Below are positions 39,326 to 48,400 of a DNA stretch of 64,000 nucleotides, piece by piece. This DNA is from Flavobacteriales bacterium. GTDB taxonomy: Bacteria > Bacteroidota > Bacteroidia > Flavobacteriales > BACL11. The stretch's first letter is position 1. Each line of letters starts with the position of its first letter. A program made the position numbers and the translations under genes. The notes under the pieces were generated by a model. The model was not told the origin of the DNA. It did not search any database and was given only the letters and a program-made list of their open reading frames with translations. The DNA lies in contig PAUF01000007.1 in NCBI GenBank assembly GCA_002712715.1, positions 514,134 to 578,133 on the forward strand. The letters are read 5' to 3'.

Positions 39326-40221
39326 TTTGACAAATCTTTTTTTAACAAATTACCCAATTTCATTACATCATCCTTATAAAATTGCTTTAGTTTGGCTCTT
39401 GTTTCTAAATTCATATCATCTACCTTTTTCTTAGAAAAATTTTCTAAATTTTTTCTGATATTTTTTCTTGAATTAGAGTTAAATAGACTCTTAGAAGTTC
39501 TTCTAATTAAATTATCTCTCATAAATATTTTTTTAACAAAATCATTCTTCCATTGCAAACCCCCTACATTATGTTTTACGGAAAAATCAATTTTTTGGTT
39601 AGGGTATACTTCTAAAAAATCAAATGTTTTCTTTAACTCAAACTCTGTATTATCTTTAAAGTCATCATGAAAAATTATATGAATATTTTCAAATTCATTT
39701 TTATAATAGTTAACCATTTTATAATAAAGGCCCATATCTTGATACATTACCATTGGAGTAAGCTGCTGATCACGCTCCAATCTATCTTTTTCTAACATTA
39801 AAGCTTCTTCAAAAGAAAATGATTCCTTTAACCCCCTAGATACATGAACATATGCCGAATATGCACGATCCACTGGATTTCTCAGCATAATTATAATCTT
39901 CACATCTGATCCTAAGTATTTCTTGATGTTATTAATAGCATGCTCATAATAATATAAGTATAATACGGTGGATTCTCCTACAGCTTTGAAATCACTTGAA
40001 GATTTAAATAAGTTCTTATACTCATTCCAATCCCAAACTCCACTATGTATTCTTTTTTTCACAAGATCTTTAATAAAAAACCTTGGCTCTTTCACTTTTA
40101 AACCATTTTCAGTATATGAAGGTAAGAAAATATCATTATGCTGATTAAGATAATTATGTAAAGATGAAGTCCCACTTTTTGCAGCTCCTACAATTAAAAA
40201 ATTTGGTAATTTTAAATTCAT
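39310..40221 (-). CDS. PAPS-dependent sulfotransferase, copy 4
   Basis: It has the blocks VGAAKSGTSS, KEPRFF and LRNPVDRAYSAY. Confidence 0.8.
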   Translation of the reverse strand: MNLKLPNFLIVGAAKSGTSSLHNYLNQHNDIFLPSYTENGLKVKEPRFFIKDLVKKRIHSGVWDWNEYKNLFKSSSDFKAVGESTVLYLYYYEHAINNIKKYLGSDVKIIIMLRNPVDRAYSAYVHVSRGLKESFSFEEALMLEKDRLERDQQLTPMVMYQDMGLYYKMVNYYKNEFENIHIIFHDDFKDNTEFELKKTFDFLEVYPNQKIDFSVKHNVGGLQWKNDFVKKIFMRDNLIRRTSKSLFNSNSRKNIRKNLENFSKKKVDDMNLETRAKLKQFYKDDVMKLGNLLKKDLSKWIEN

Positions 40222-41603
40222 AATCTTATAAAAGGTAAATAAAATGTAAAAAATCCGAATTTCTTCTTAATAAAAAGAACCATAGTTAGATTCCAAAAGA
40301 TCAAACTAGACATTGTTGCGATAGCGGCTCCTAATATCCCATACTTTGGAATTAATATAAAATTTAAACCTATATTTAATATTGCCCCAAGAGACAAGAT
40401 GATAAAATAAATATTTTGATTACCAGTCATTTGAAGTATATTTCCTACAGATCCTGAAATTGAACTAACAAACCTTCCTATTGATAACAGTATAAAAGCG
40501 CTAACTCCGTATTGAGCGAATTGTGGACCAAATAATCCTAAAATAAACTCAGGGAACATAAAAAAAATAATTAATAATGGTAATGTAGTCCAGAAAATCA
40601 ATTTGGTTGATTGAAATGACACCTTTTTTAATCCCTGTAAATCATTTCTACTATACATTTCTGCAAATTTTGGTGCTGCAATACTATTTATTGCCATTAA
40701 AGAAATAGCGGCAAACATAGACAGTCGAAAAGCAGCATGGTATATACCCACTTCTGTTTTCGTATCAGCGACAAGACCATCAACAACGTTTGGAGATTTT
40801 ATAGCGCCTAACATCAACTTATCTGTCCATGACATTATGAATTGAGCAGACTGAGCAAACATTAATGGAATGGATATTTTAATAATTGTTGAATCGTTAA
40901 TTTTTTCTACTAATGAATCATAAGAAATATTTTTATAAATAGCATATCTCATAGAGAAAAACGAAAGAATAGAGACAATAAGTATACTTATTAAAAACGC
41001 ATATAATGGAACGTTATACTGATGAGCATCTTCTATTAAAAAAAATTCATGAATTATATAGAGAATAATTAATGTAAACAAAGTAATAGAAACTCGAAAA
41101 AAAAAGGAAAACATAGCAATTTTCTTCAGTCCTCTTAAACTCTGATAATGGAGTACAAACAAAGACATCGGGGTAACAAAAAAAGCTAGTAATTGTAAAA
41201 TTGAAGAATCAATATTCACAATTTCAGAAATTTGATGAGATAAAAAATACATCAGGAATGAACTCAATATAGAAGAAATGGTAATTATTTGAATCATTTG
41301 GCTATTTAGCTTAAGTATACTATACCATCTTTTCTTTGTAGCAAATGAAGAGAAAAAACGAATTGCTGTAGTATCTATGCCTAATTTTCCAAAAACAACA
41401 AAAATTTTTAAAACTGTTATAGCAAGAACATATTCTCCAAGACTATCAGCACCATATTTACGAGCTATAAAAAAAGTCAATAAATAGCCTATAGCTAAAC
41501 CTGTTATTCTTAAAATAAATGATATTGAGCTTCCCCTAAATATTTCATTGAAGTCAGAGTCTCTTAGCAAACCATTTATTTTATTCTTAATATTTGAAAT
41601 CAT
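40218..41603 (-). CDS. wzx: Polysaccharide repeat-unit flippase (Wzx, MOP superfamily)
   Basis: The 461-aa protein has about 12 TM segments and a typical polysaccharide-biosynthesis-protein layout. Confidence 0.7.
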   Translation of the reverse strand: MISNIKNKINGLLRDSDFNEIFRGSSISFILRITGLAIGYLLTFFIARKYGADSLGEYVLAITVLKIFVVFGKLGIDTTAIRFFSSFATKKRWYSILKLNSQMIQIITISSILSSFLMYFLSHQISEIVNIDSSILQLLAFFVTPMSLFVLHYQSLRGLKKIAMFSFFFRVSITLFTLIILYIIHEFFLIEDAHQYNVPLYAFLISILIVSILSFFSMRYAIYKNISYDSLVEKINDSTIIKISIPLMFAQSAQFIMSWTDKLMLGAIKSPNVVDGLVADTKTEVGIYHAAFRLSMFAAISLMAINSIAAPKFAEMYSRNDLQGLKKVSFQSTKLIFWTTLPLLIIFFMFPEFILGLFGPQFAQYGVSAFILLSIGRFVSSISGSVGNILQMTGNQNIYFIILSLGAILNIGLNFILIPKYGILGAAIATMSSLIFWNLTMVLFIKKKFGFFTFYLPFIRL

Positions 41604-41610
41604 CTATATG

Positions 41611-42444
41611 CTATTCTACCAAAAACCATGGGTTTAAAAGATTTTTCTTGTTATAATTTAACTCTTGTTCAGAATTATACTTACAAACTTTGAATCCAGC
41701 AAATTTAACAATAGCATGCCCTGAAGCAGTGTCCCACTCCATAGTTGGAGCATATCTAGGATAAGCATCAGCATTGCCTTCAGCAACCATACATAACTTT
41801 AAAGAAGATCCTACACTTAGAATATCAATTTTATTATGCGTTTTTTTCTTTTGCTGAAAAAAATGTTCAGTTTCATTAGACATATGAGAACGAGAACCAA
41901 CTATTGTATAAGTTTCTCTAGTATTTTTTGCCGGTAATTTTTTAGCATTAGACATAAGCTGGTTAAAATTTTTAATTGTATGCATAATTTTAGTTTTCTT
42001 ATATGAACCCAAATCTGACATACCAAAATATAATTCTTGCTTTACAGGAACATATATAACCCCAAGTACAGGAGTGTCATTATGTATTAAAGCAATATTT
42101 ACAGTAAATTCGCCATTTCTTTTAACAAATTCTTTTGTCCCATCAAGAGGATCCACAAGCCAAAAGAAGGTCCAATCTTTTCTTTTTTCATAAGAGATCT
42201 TAGATCCTTCCTCACTTAAAATTGGAAGGTTAGTATCTCTTAACATTTTCTCAATTATATCATTACAATTTCTATCAGCCATTGTCAAGGGAGAATTATC
42301 TTTTTTGGTCTCAACAATAAAATCAGAAGCGTATACATCCATTATTTCCTTGCCTCCACTAAGAGCAGCATTTACCGATGTAATTAATAAAGATTGTGAT
42401 ACAGACTGAAATTCTAAATCGTGAATACTATTCTTGTTTTTCAT
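41611..42444 (-). CDS. cysQ: 3'(2'),5'-bisphosphate nucleotidase (PAP phosphatase, inositol-monophosphatase fold)
   Basis: It has the blocks ILSEE and WLVDPLDGTKEF. Its context is cysC and the sulfotransferases. Confidence 0.8.
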   Translation of the reverse strand: MKNKNSIHDLEFQSVSQSLLITSVNAALSGGKEIMDVYASDFIVETKKDNSPLTMADRNCNDIIEKMLRDTNLPILSEEGSKISYEKRKDWTFFWLVDPLDGTKEFVKRNGEFTVNIALIHNDTPVLGVIYVPVKQELYFGMSDLGSYKKTKIMHTIKNFNQLMSNAKKLPAKNTRETYTIVGSRSHMSNETEHFFQQKKKTHNKIDILSVGSSLKLCMVAEGNADAYPRYAPTMEWDTASGHAIVKFAGFKVCKYNSEQELNYNKKNLLNPWFLVE

Positions 42445-43151
42445 TGGTTTTCATTTAAAATTTGGAAAGCTTTGGAAGTTCCTATTCTGGAAGCTCCAGC
42501 ATCAATTAAACATTTACATTGCTCTATATTTTCGATACCTCCTGAGGCTTTAATTTCAAGCCCACTAATTGAAGATTTTATTAGTTTAACATGATATTCT
42601 TTTGCACCGAATCCACCATAATAGCCAGTGCATGTTTTAATATATACATTCCTCACAAAAGGTTGGAAATATTTATTAACTAAATAACTTATTCTAGAAG
42701 AAATTCCTGCAATTTGATTATCACTAAGAGCTGGAGTTTCTATAATCCACTTAACCGGAATATTTTTCTCATATCCAATCCTGGTTCCTTCAATAATAAC
42801 AATGTCAAACTTGTCAAAATTTTTATCCTTGTATGATCTGTAATCTGCGACATAATCCAATTCATCTGCTCCCATAGAAATCGCTTCTAAAGCGTCTTTA
42901 ACAACATTTTTTATTGGATCATTACCTTTTGGGAAATTAATCACAGTACCTAGAATAACATTTTTCTTTGAATGATCAATAATCTTTTTAGCTAAAGTGA
43001 GGTGATTAGAACGGATCATAACAGCCAAGAAGTTATTGTTAATAGCTTCAGTAACTAAATCAATTACCTTTAGTCTATTTTCCTCAGGCGTCAAACAAGC
43101 TTCTTTAGGAAGTTTAAGATAAGTAGATTCTAAATATCTGTCAATTCTCAT
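42441..43151 (-). CDS. Deoxyribose-phosphate aldolase (DeoC) family class-I aldolase
   Basis: It has the Schiff-base Lys block YIKTCTGY and the block IKASGGI...AGASRIGTS. A 4-nt overlap couples it to cysQ. Confidence 0.65.
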   Translation of the reverse strand: MRIDRYLESTYLKLPKEACLTPEENRLKVIDLVTEAINNNFLAVMIRSNHLTLAKKIIDHSKKNVILGTVINFPKGNDPIKNVVKDALEAISMGADELDYVADYRSYKDKNFDKFDIVIIEGTRIGYEKNIPVKWIIETPALSDNQIAGISSRISYLVNKYFQPFVRNVYIKTCTGYYGGFGAKEYHVKLIKSSISGLEIKASGGIENIEQCKCLIDAGASRIGTSKAFQILNENQ

Positions 43152-43173
43152 TTACAATATACATGATTTTGAG

Positions 43174-43181
43174 CAAATCTA
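43174..43181 (-). promoter_or_regulatory. -7 promoter box (TAGATTTG on the minus strand)
   Basis: The plus strand reads CAAATCTA, 23 nt upstream of ATG 43151. Confidence 0.4.
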
Positions 43182-43213
43182 GTAATTTTAAAGGAATTTA
43201 TTAAAAGAGTCTA

Positions 43214-43687
43214 TTATAAAACGATGCTACTATCAGAAAGATACTTCTCAACATCAGACTGAATAGATTCATCTACTAGTTCTCTCCATTCATGATTTCC
43301 TTCTTTAATAGAGTCCCTTATTTTAGTTGCAGAAATCCAACCAATATTTGGTGGGGGTGTAAACTCATTAATCTCATACCCTACACCTCTACCAAAATTA
43401 ACACTCTCGATATCAGGTATTATAATAACTTTAACGTCATGACCATGTGCTTCATGATATTTCTGTATCATCGCAACTGTTTGTTCAGTTGTGAAAGGAT
43501 TCTTAGCATCTGGATCAATATCTCTAACCATTATAAGCGCAGGGATTCCATCATTGATTTTTTGCATAATTAATGAAATATGCCCTTGATGATAAGGTTG
43601 AAATCTACCTACAAATATCGAATATTTTTTACTTTCATTACTAGTAGGTTCTCCACCATGATTAATTACGTCCCACTTTTTTTCCAT
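43214..43687 (-). CDS. Small HxGH nucleotidyltransferase (cytidylyltransferase-like superfamily, NMNAT-like)
   Basis: It has the motifs FVGRFQPYHQGH and ISATKIRD and is 157 aa long. The substrate is unknown. Confidence 0.6.
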   Translation of the reverse strand: MEKKWDVINHGGEPTSNESKKYSIFVGRFQPYHQGHISLIMQKINDGIPALIMVRDIDPDAKNPFTTEQTVAMIQKYHEAHGHDVKVIIIPDIESVNFGRGVGYEINEFTPPPNIGWISATKIRDSIKEGNHEWRELVDESIQSDVEKYLSDSSIVL

Positions 43688-43693
43688 AATTTC

Positions 43694-44290
43694 TTATTTT
43701 ATAATATTATTTTCTTTTAAATAATCGACAACTATTTGAGCACATTCGTCAATACCTTGTTGATCAGTTCTAATAGATAATTCTGGATTAGTGGGTACTT
43801 CATATGGAGCATCAATACCTGTAAAACCTTTAATTTCTCCGGATCTTGCTTTTTTATATAATCCTTTAGGGTCTCTGCTTTCACATACATCAAGAGGAGT
43901 ATCAACAAACACTTCAACAAAGTCTTCTCCTATAACTTTTCGGGCAGATTCTCGATCTTCAAGATAAGGAGAAATAAATGCTGTAAGAACTAAAATACCA
44001 GCGTCAGCAAACAAATTGGATACTTCAGTAATTCTTCGTATATTTTCAGTTCTATCTTCTGGAGAAAAACCTAAATCTTTATTCAATCCCATTCTAACAT
44101 TATCTCCATCTAATATATAAGTATGAATTCCCATATCATGTAATAATTTTTCTGTCGCATTAGCGATAGTAGATTTACCAGATCCTGATAAACCTGTAAA
44201 CCAAATTACACGAGATTGATGTAGGTTTTTTTTCTCTTTTAAATCTCTTGGAACACGATGTTTATGAAAATATAAATTATCTGCACTCAT
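43694..44290 (-). CDS. cysC: Adenylyl-sulfate (APS) kinase
   Basis: It has the P-loop [11 protein letters not shown] and the block [17 protein letters not shown]. Confidence 0.92.
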   Translation of the reverse strand: MSADNLYFHKHRVPRDLKEKKNLHQSRVIWFTGLSGSGKSTIANATEKLLHDMGIHTYILDGDNVRMGLNKDLGFSPEDRTENIRRITEVSNLFADAGILVLTAFISPYLEDRESARKVIGEDFVEVFVDTPLDVCESRDPKGLYKKARSGEIKGFTGIDAPYEVPTNPELSIRTDQQGIDECAQIVVDYLKENNIIK

Positions 44291-44309
44291 AAATTTAATT
44301 TTAGGATTG

Positions 44310-44317
44310 CAAATCTA
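44310..44317 (-). promoter_or_regulatory. -7 promoter box (TAGATTTG on the minus strand) ahead of cysC and the glycan locus
   Basis: The plus strand reads CAAATCTA, 20 nt upstream of ATG 44290. Confidence 0.45.
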
Positions 44318-44365
44318 CAATTTTATTTGAGATTTACATGAAATCAAGATGTTTTTATGAAAATA

Positions 44366-45055
44366 CTACCCAAGAGTACACCTAATTGGCACCGTATATT
44401 TTACTGGGACAGCTTTACCAATTTGTCTACCTGGAGTAAATTCTGGTAATTTATTAATCACCTCGATAGCCGCCTCATCTACATATTTATCCAAACCCTT
44501 AAGTATTTTAACCCTTCCTACTTCTCCATTCTTCTCAACAACAAACTCAAGAATAACTTTTCCTTCTACTCCATTAGCTTTAGCTATTTCAGGATACCTA
44601 AAGTTCCTGGCAATAAATTTCATAATCTCTGTTTGAGTGCACTGCTCATCTTCGCAATTACCTAACAACGGCATCTGCTCTACAGAAATAAAAGGCTCGG
44701 CAAATTCCTCTTCATACATTTCAAATTCATCATCTTCATCTGTCTCCGAGGAAGTGAGATCTAATTCATTTTCTAACTCTTCATCATCTTCCTTAACCTC
44801 AATTTCTTCTGGCAACTCTGGAGGAGGCTGCTCCTTTGGGGGAGGAGGTGGTGGCTTCTGCTCTTCAGGTCTAGTAATTTCTATATCCTCCTCGTCTATT
44901 TCTTCAAAATTAGATGCGAATCTATTAGTTTTAATATCTACTGAAGTTATATTAAGTAAAATCAAAATTAAAGACGCTGCTGCTAGTAACGAAACTGGAA
45001 AGAATATAGGTTTCCAAATATTAATATCTACTTTGGGATTTTTCTTTGAATCCAT
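44366..45055 (-). CDS. tonB: TonB-family energy transducer
   Basis: It has an N-terminal TM anchor, a Pro/Glu-rich spacer KPPPPPPKEQPPPELPEE and a C-terminal TonB domain (YPEIAKANGVEGKV...). Confidence 0.8.
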   Translation of the reverse strand: MDSKKNPKVDINIWKPIFFPVSLLAAASLILILLNITSVDIKTNRFASNFEEIDEEDIEITRPEEQKPPPPPPKEQPPPELPEEIEVKEDDEELENELDLTSSETDEDDEFEMYEEEFAEPFISVEQMPLLGNCEDEQCTQTEIMKFIARNFRYPEIAKANGVEGKVILEFVVEKNGEVGRVKILKGLDKYVDEAAIEVINKLPEFTPGRQIGKAVPVKYTVPIRCTLG

Positions 45056-45059
45056 CTCG

Positions 45060-45437
45060 CTAAGATACTAAATTTTTATAGTCTTCTGCAGATAACAATG
45101 TATCTATCTCATTAGAATCAATATTTGACAATTTAACAATCCACCCTTCCCTATATGGGTCAGTATTAATTAGCTCAGGATTATCTTCCAACATAGTATT
45201 CACTTCCAAAACTAAACCAGAAATAGGCATGAACAGGTCAGAAACAGTCTTAACAGCTTCAATTGTGCCAAATACTTCTTCTTGATCTAATTCTTCATCT
45301 AATGAATCTACTTCCACAAAAACTATTTCTCCTAACTCTTTTTGAGCAAAATCAGTTATTCCAACCGTAGCTATATTTCCTTCTATTTTAATCCACTCGT
45401 GATCTTTTGTATACTTTAATTTATCTGGCAAGTTCAT
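45060..45437 (-). CDS. gcvH: Glycine cleavage system H protein
   Basis: At 125 aa, it has the lipoyl-Lys block [11 protein letters not shown]. Confidence 0.9.
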   Translation of the reverse strand: MNLPDKLKYTKDHEWIKIEGNIATVGITDFAQKELGEIVFVEVDSLDEELDQEEVFGTIEAVKTVSDLFMPISGLVLEVNTMLEDNPELINTDPYREGWIVKLSNIDSNEIDTLLSAEDYKNLVS

Positions 45438-45479
45438 TTTAAAATTTTTTTGCTAAAATACAACTTTATGAGTTCACTG

Positions 45480-45487
45480 CAAAACTA
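45480..45487 (-). promoter_or_regulatory. -7 promoter box (TAGTTTTG on the minus strand) for gcvH-tonB
   Basis: The plus strand reads CAAAACTA, 43 nt upstream of ATG 45437. It overlaps the sprA stop. Confidence 0.35.
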
Positions 45488-48400
45488 ACCCGCTAAAGTA
45501 AATCGCAGACTGAAACCAGCGTTAGTTATCGCTCCTGGATAACTTGTAGAAATAAATGGATTCGTTATAACTTTATCATAAAACAACTTGAAATTTAACC
45601 TAGAACTAACAACATAATCTGTCGAAAATTTTATACTAATAGATTGTTGGCCCATCGTAATTTGCTCTACGTCCTCTATCACTTTTCTAATAACTGTTTT
45701 ATTATTTCTAATATTTAAATCTAATTTTATATCAAGGTCACTTGAAATTGTTTTCGAGGAACCCGCTGCTTTATATTTAAACTTCAAATCTTTAATCCTA
45801 TACCCAGTCCCAATCACATATTCACTTCCGTTAATTTCTGTAATCTGATTATTGGACATAGATAAATTTAAAGTTCTATTTTTCTTAATCTCTAATTTTG
45901 TCATTAAACTATTTTTCCAAGTTAAATCTAACTTAATCAAAGGACTAAATTGTTCATTAATCGTTACCTGCCCAATCTCGTATTTTGAAAAGAAGTTCCC
46001 AGTATTTTCATTAATATTGGATGACCAACCATCATTCTCAATATAATCTAAACTAGAAGTAAATGATCCAACAGAATAAGTGCTTCTGTAAGCGTGAGCT
46101 AAAGTAAATGTTTTAAAATATTTCTTAATGAATTTCAACCTCATTAATCCATCATAATTAACTCGCCAGTTTGGTAATGGTAATTTAGGCATGCTGCTTA
46201 AGGATGATGAAATTGGATTCTTTCCACCATATGCGGCTAAAAAGGCAGGTATTAAAACATCAGGTGAAGCTAATCCATATCCTTGAGGAAAACCAGTAGA
46301 ATCATATAATCCAGAAAAATTTGGATTCGCGGATGCAAGTCGCTTCGCTATCTCATTCCTATAATTTCTAAAATCCTGGAATGATTGTGAACTGAAATTT
46401 TCATTATCTCTCATAAAAGCAGTCTTCCATGAAATAAATGATATACTATAACTTCCATTCTGAATCGGACTTACTGAATTAAACATATTATCACTTTCAG
46501 ACCATCTAAAATATTCCTGCTGATTAAATGAATTTGTCTTATTAGCCGTAAGTTCGATTCTAAATTTCTTAATTGGCTCTACAGTACTTCTAATAATTAA
46601 ATTAGACGATGAAGTTTTGCTAAATAATGTGTTAATATTCTGATTTTGTGATAGCCATCCATTGGTAGATGCTTGATATCGAATATCTTTTTGACTTCCA
46701 AGCACAAAGGGTATACCAGGAGCCATCTCTGCCCAATTTTGACCAAAAAAATTCGACTCCGGCATAAATCCAGGAATAAAAGTACCTTCATTTCTTGTTA
46801 AATTTACTGAAATATTTTTTACAGACAAAAAAACATTCAATAATGATCTAGCTAATTTATACTGATCTTTTTTCTTATTTTCCTTGGGATTCTCTTCGGA
46901 TCTAATTCTTGAGGTTCTTCTGTTATTATTTCTCTTATTAGAAGAATTTAAAACTTTCTTAAAATAAGGCACTTTATTGTATAAAGTATTCATATTAATC
47001 TGTCCATTATGCTGAATATTATTTGAATTTTGAATTGTATTCCCAAAATCTTGCATTGATAAAGCTGCACTATTCCAATCATAATTTGCATTATATCGAG
47101 TTGTTAAACTTAAAAAATTCACTAGTGGGATTTTGCTAAAAGGCCATTGATAATTTAAAGCCAAATCATGATGATATAATGTTGGCCTTCCTAAATTCCA
47201 GAAATTTTTCCATATAGTATCTCTTTTCTCTTTAAATAAAGGGTCTTGCCTATCTATTCTACCAACTGGTTCATCAATACTTGATTGGTTTCTGACAGAA
47301 AAATCTAACTTTAAAGTTCTTGTAATATCATATTTAAGATCATATGATCTGTTCCAATTAAAATACTTATTGTAAGTAGGAGAAATTATCATATAGGAAT
47401 TATTAATATTTCTAAGTAACGTCTCATTATACATCCTTTCAATATCAGTACGATATGAAAAAGATTTTGGAATTGCATAAAAATTAATATCCTTGATTAA
47501 TCTAGCGTAAGGACCTTTTCCTATTTTTAATTTTGAAAATGGTTTAATATTTTTAGGCCTCGAACTATAATTATATGTAATCGCTCCCCTATAATTTTTT
47601 GTCCTATTATATTCAGTATTAATATTTCGAAAAAATGTTTCATTATTAGAATAAGAAATTGTAAAATTCTCTAAATCGTAAATTTTTGGCTTCTTTATCT
47701 CTTCACCTTTCTTTTGCACTTTAGTTTTTCTAATATTGGTTAGATTAATACTTTTTCTACTAACGTAATCTTGGGAAACAAATCTAAATGAATCTCTTTC
47801 TGCTTTATTTTCAAGAGAAGAGAGAGTTGTCTTAAATAAAATATCAGGATCTAATGGATTATACTGTGGGTTACTAATCTGTTCGGAAACCCCAATATAC
47901 AAAGGAATTCTAACTCCATAATCATCAGCAAAAAACTTCCCTAACTCCAAATTAGAAGACATGTCATATTGAAAATCATTAGATTTTTGTCTCTCATTTA
48001 CCTTTTTCTCAATTGAACCAAATCCAACAGTACTCATATTTCCTGCTAAAGTGACAGTTCCAAAATCTGCCATCTTAGTAGTTACTCTAGCATTGGCTGC
48101 CCATCCACCATATTCATCAAAATCAGCTAAACGCAATTCGTTTACCCAAATCTCTCCGCACTTTGCGTTCCCATCATCATCTGATGACGTAGATAGTTTT
48201 TTAGGATTCTTGACTCCTATCATTATTGTTTTTATTCTACTAAGATTAGGGTTGCCAACTACAGTAATTTTATCTCCATTAGATAGATAAGTAATAAAGG
48301 GAGTCGTTGCATCATTAGTGTTAAAATTTCTTTGCTGTTTAGCAAATTGAAATTGCTCAAATTCAATATCTATATTATTTTCAACTGGCCACACTTCGTT

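Noticed and set aside
25825-44290. The glycan locus as a horizontally acquired genomic island
   Set aside because: It looks even more AT-rich than its surroundings, but I cannot compute composition reliably here. There are no flanking tRNA genes, integrases, direct repeats or IS elements to define island borders.
44637-45071. A 144-aa Ser/Gly-rich plus-strand ORF
   Set aside because: It lies entirely antisense to the well-supported TonB gene. Its low-complexity SSSS/GGGG composition mirrors the Pro/Glu-rich TonB spacer, so it is a shadow ORF.
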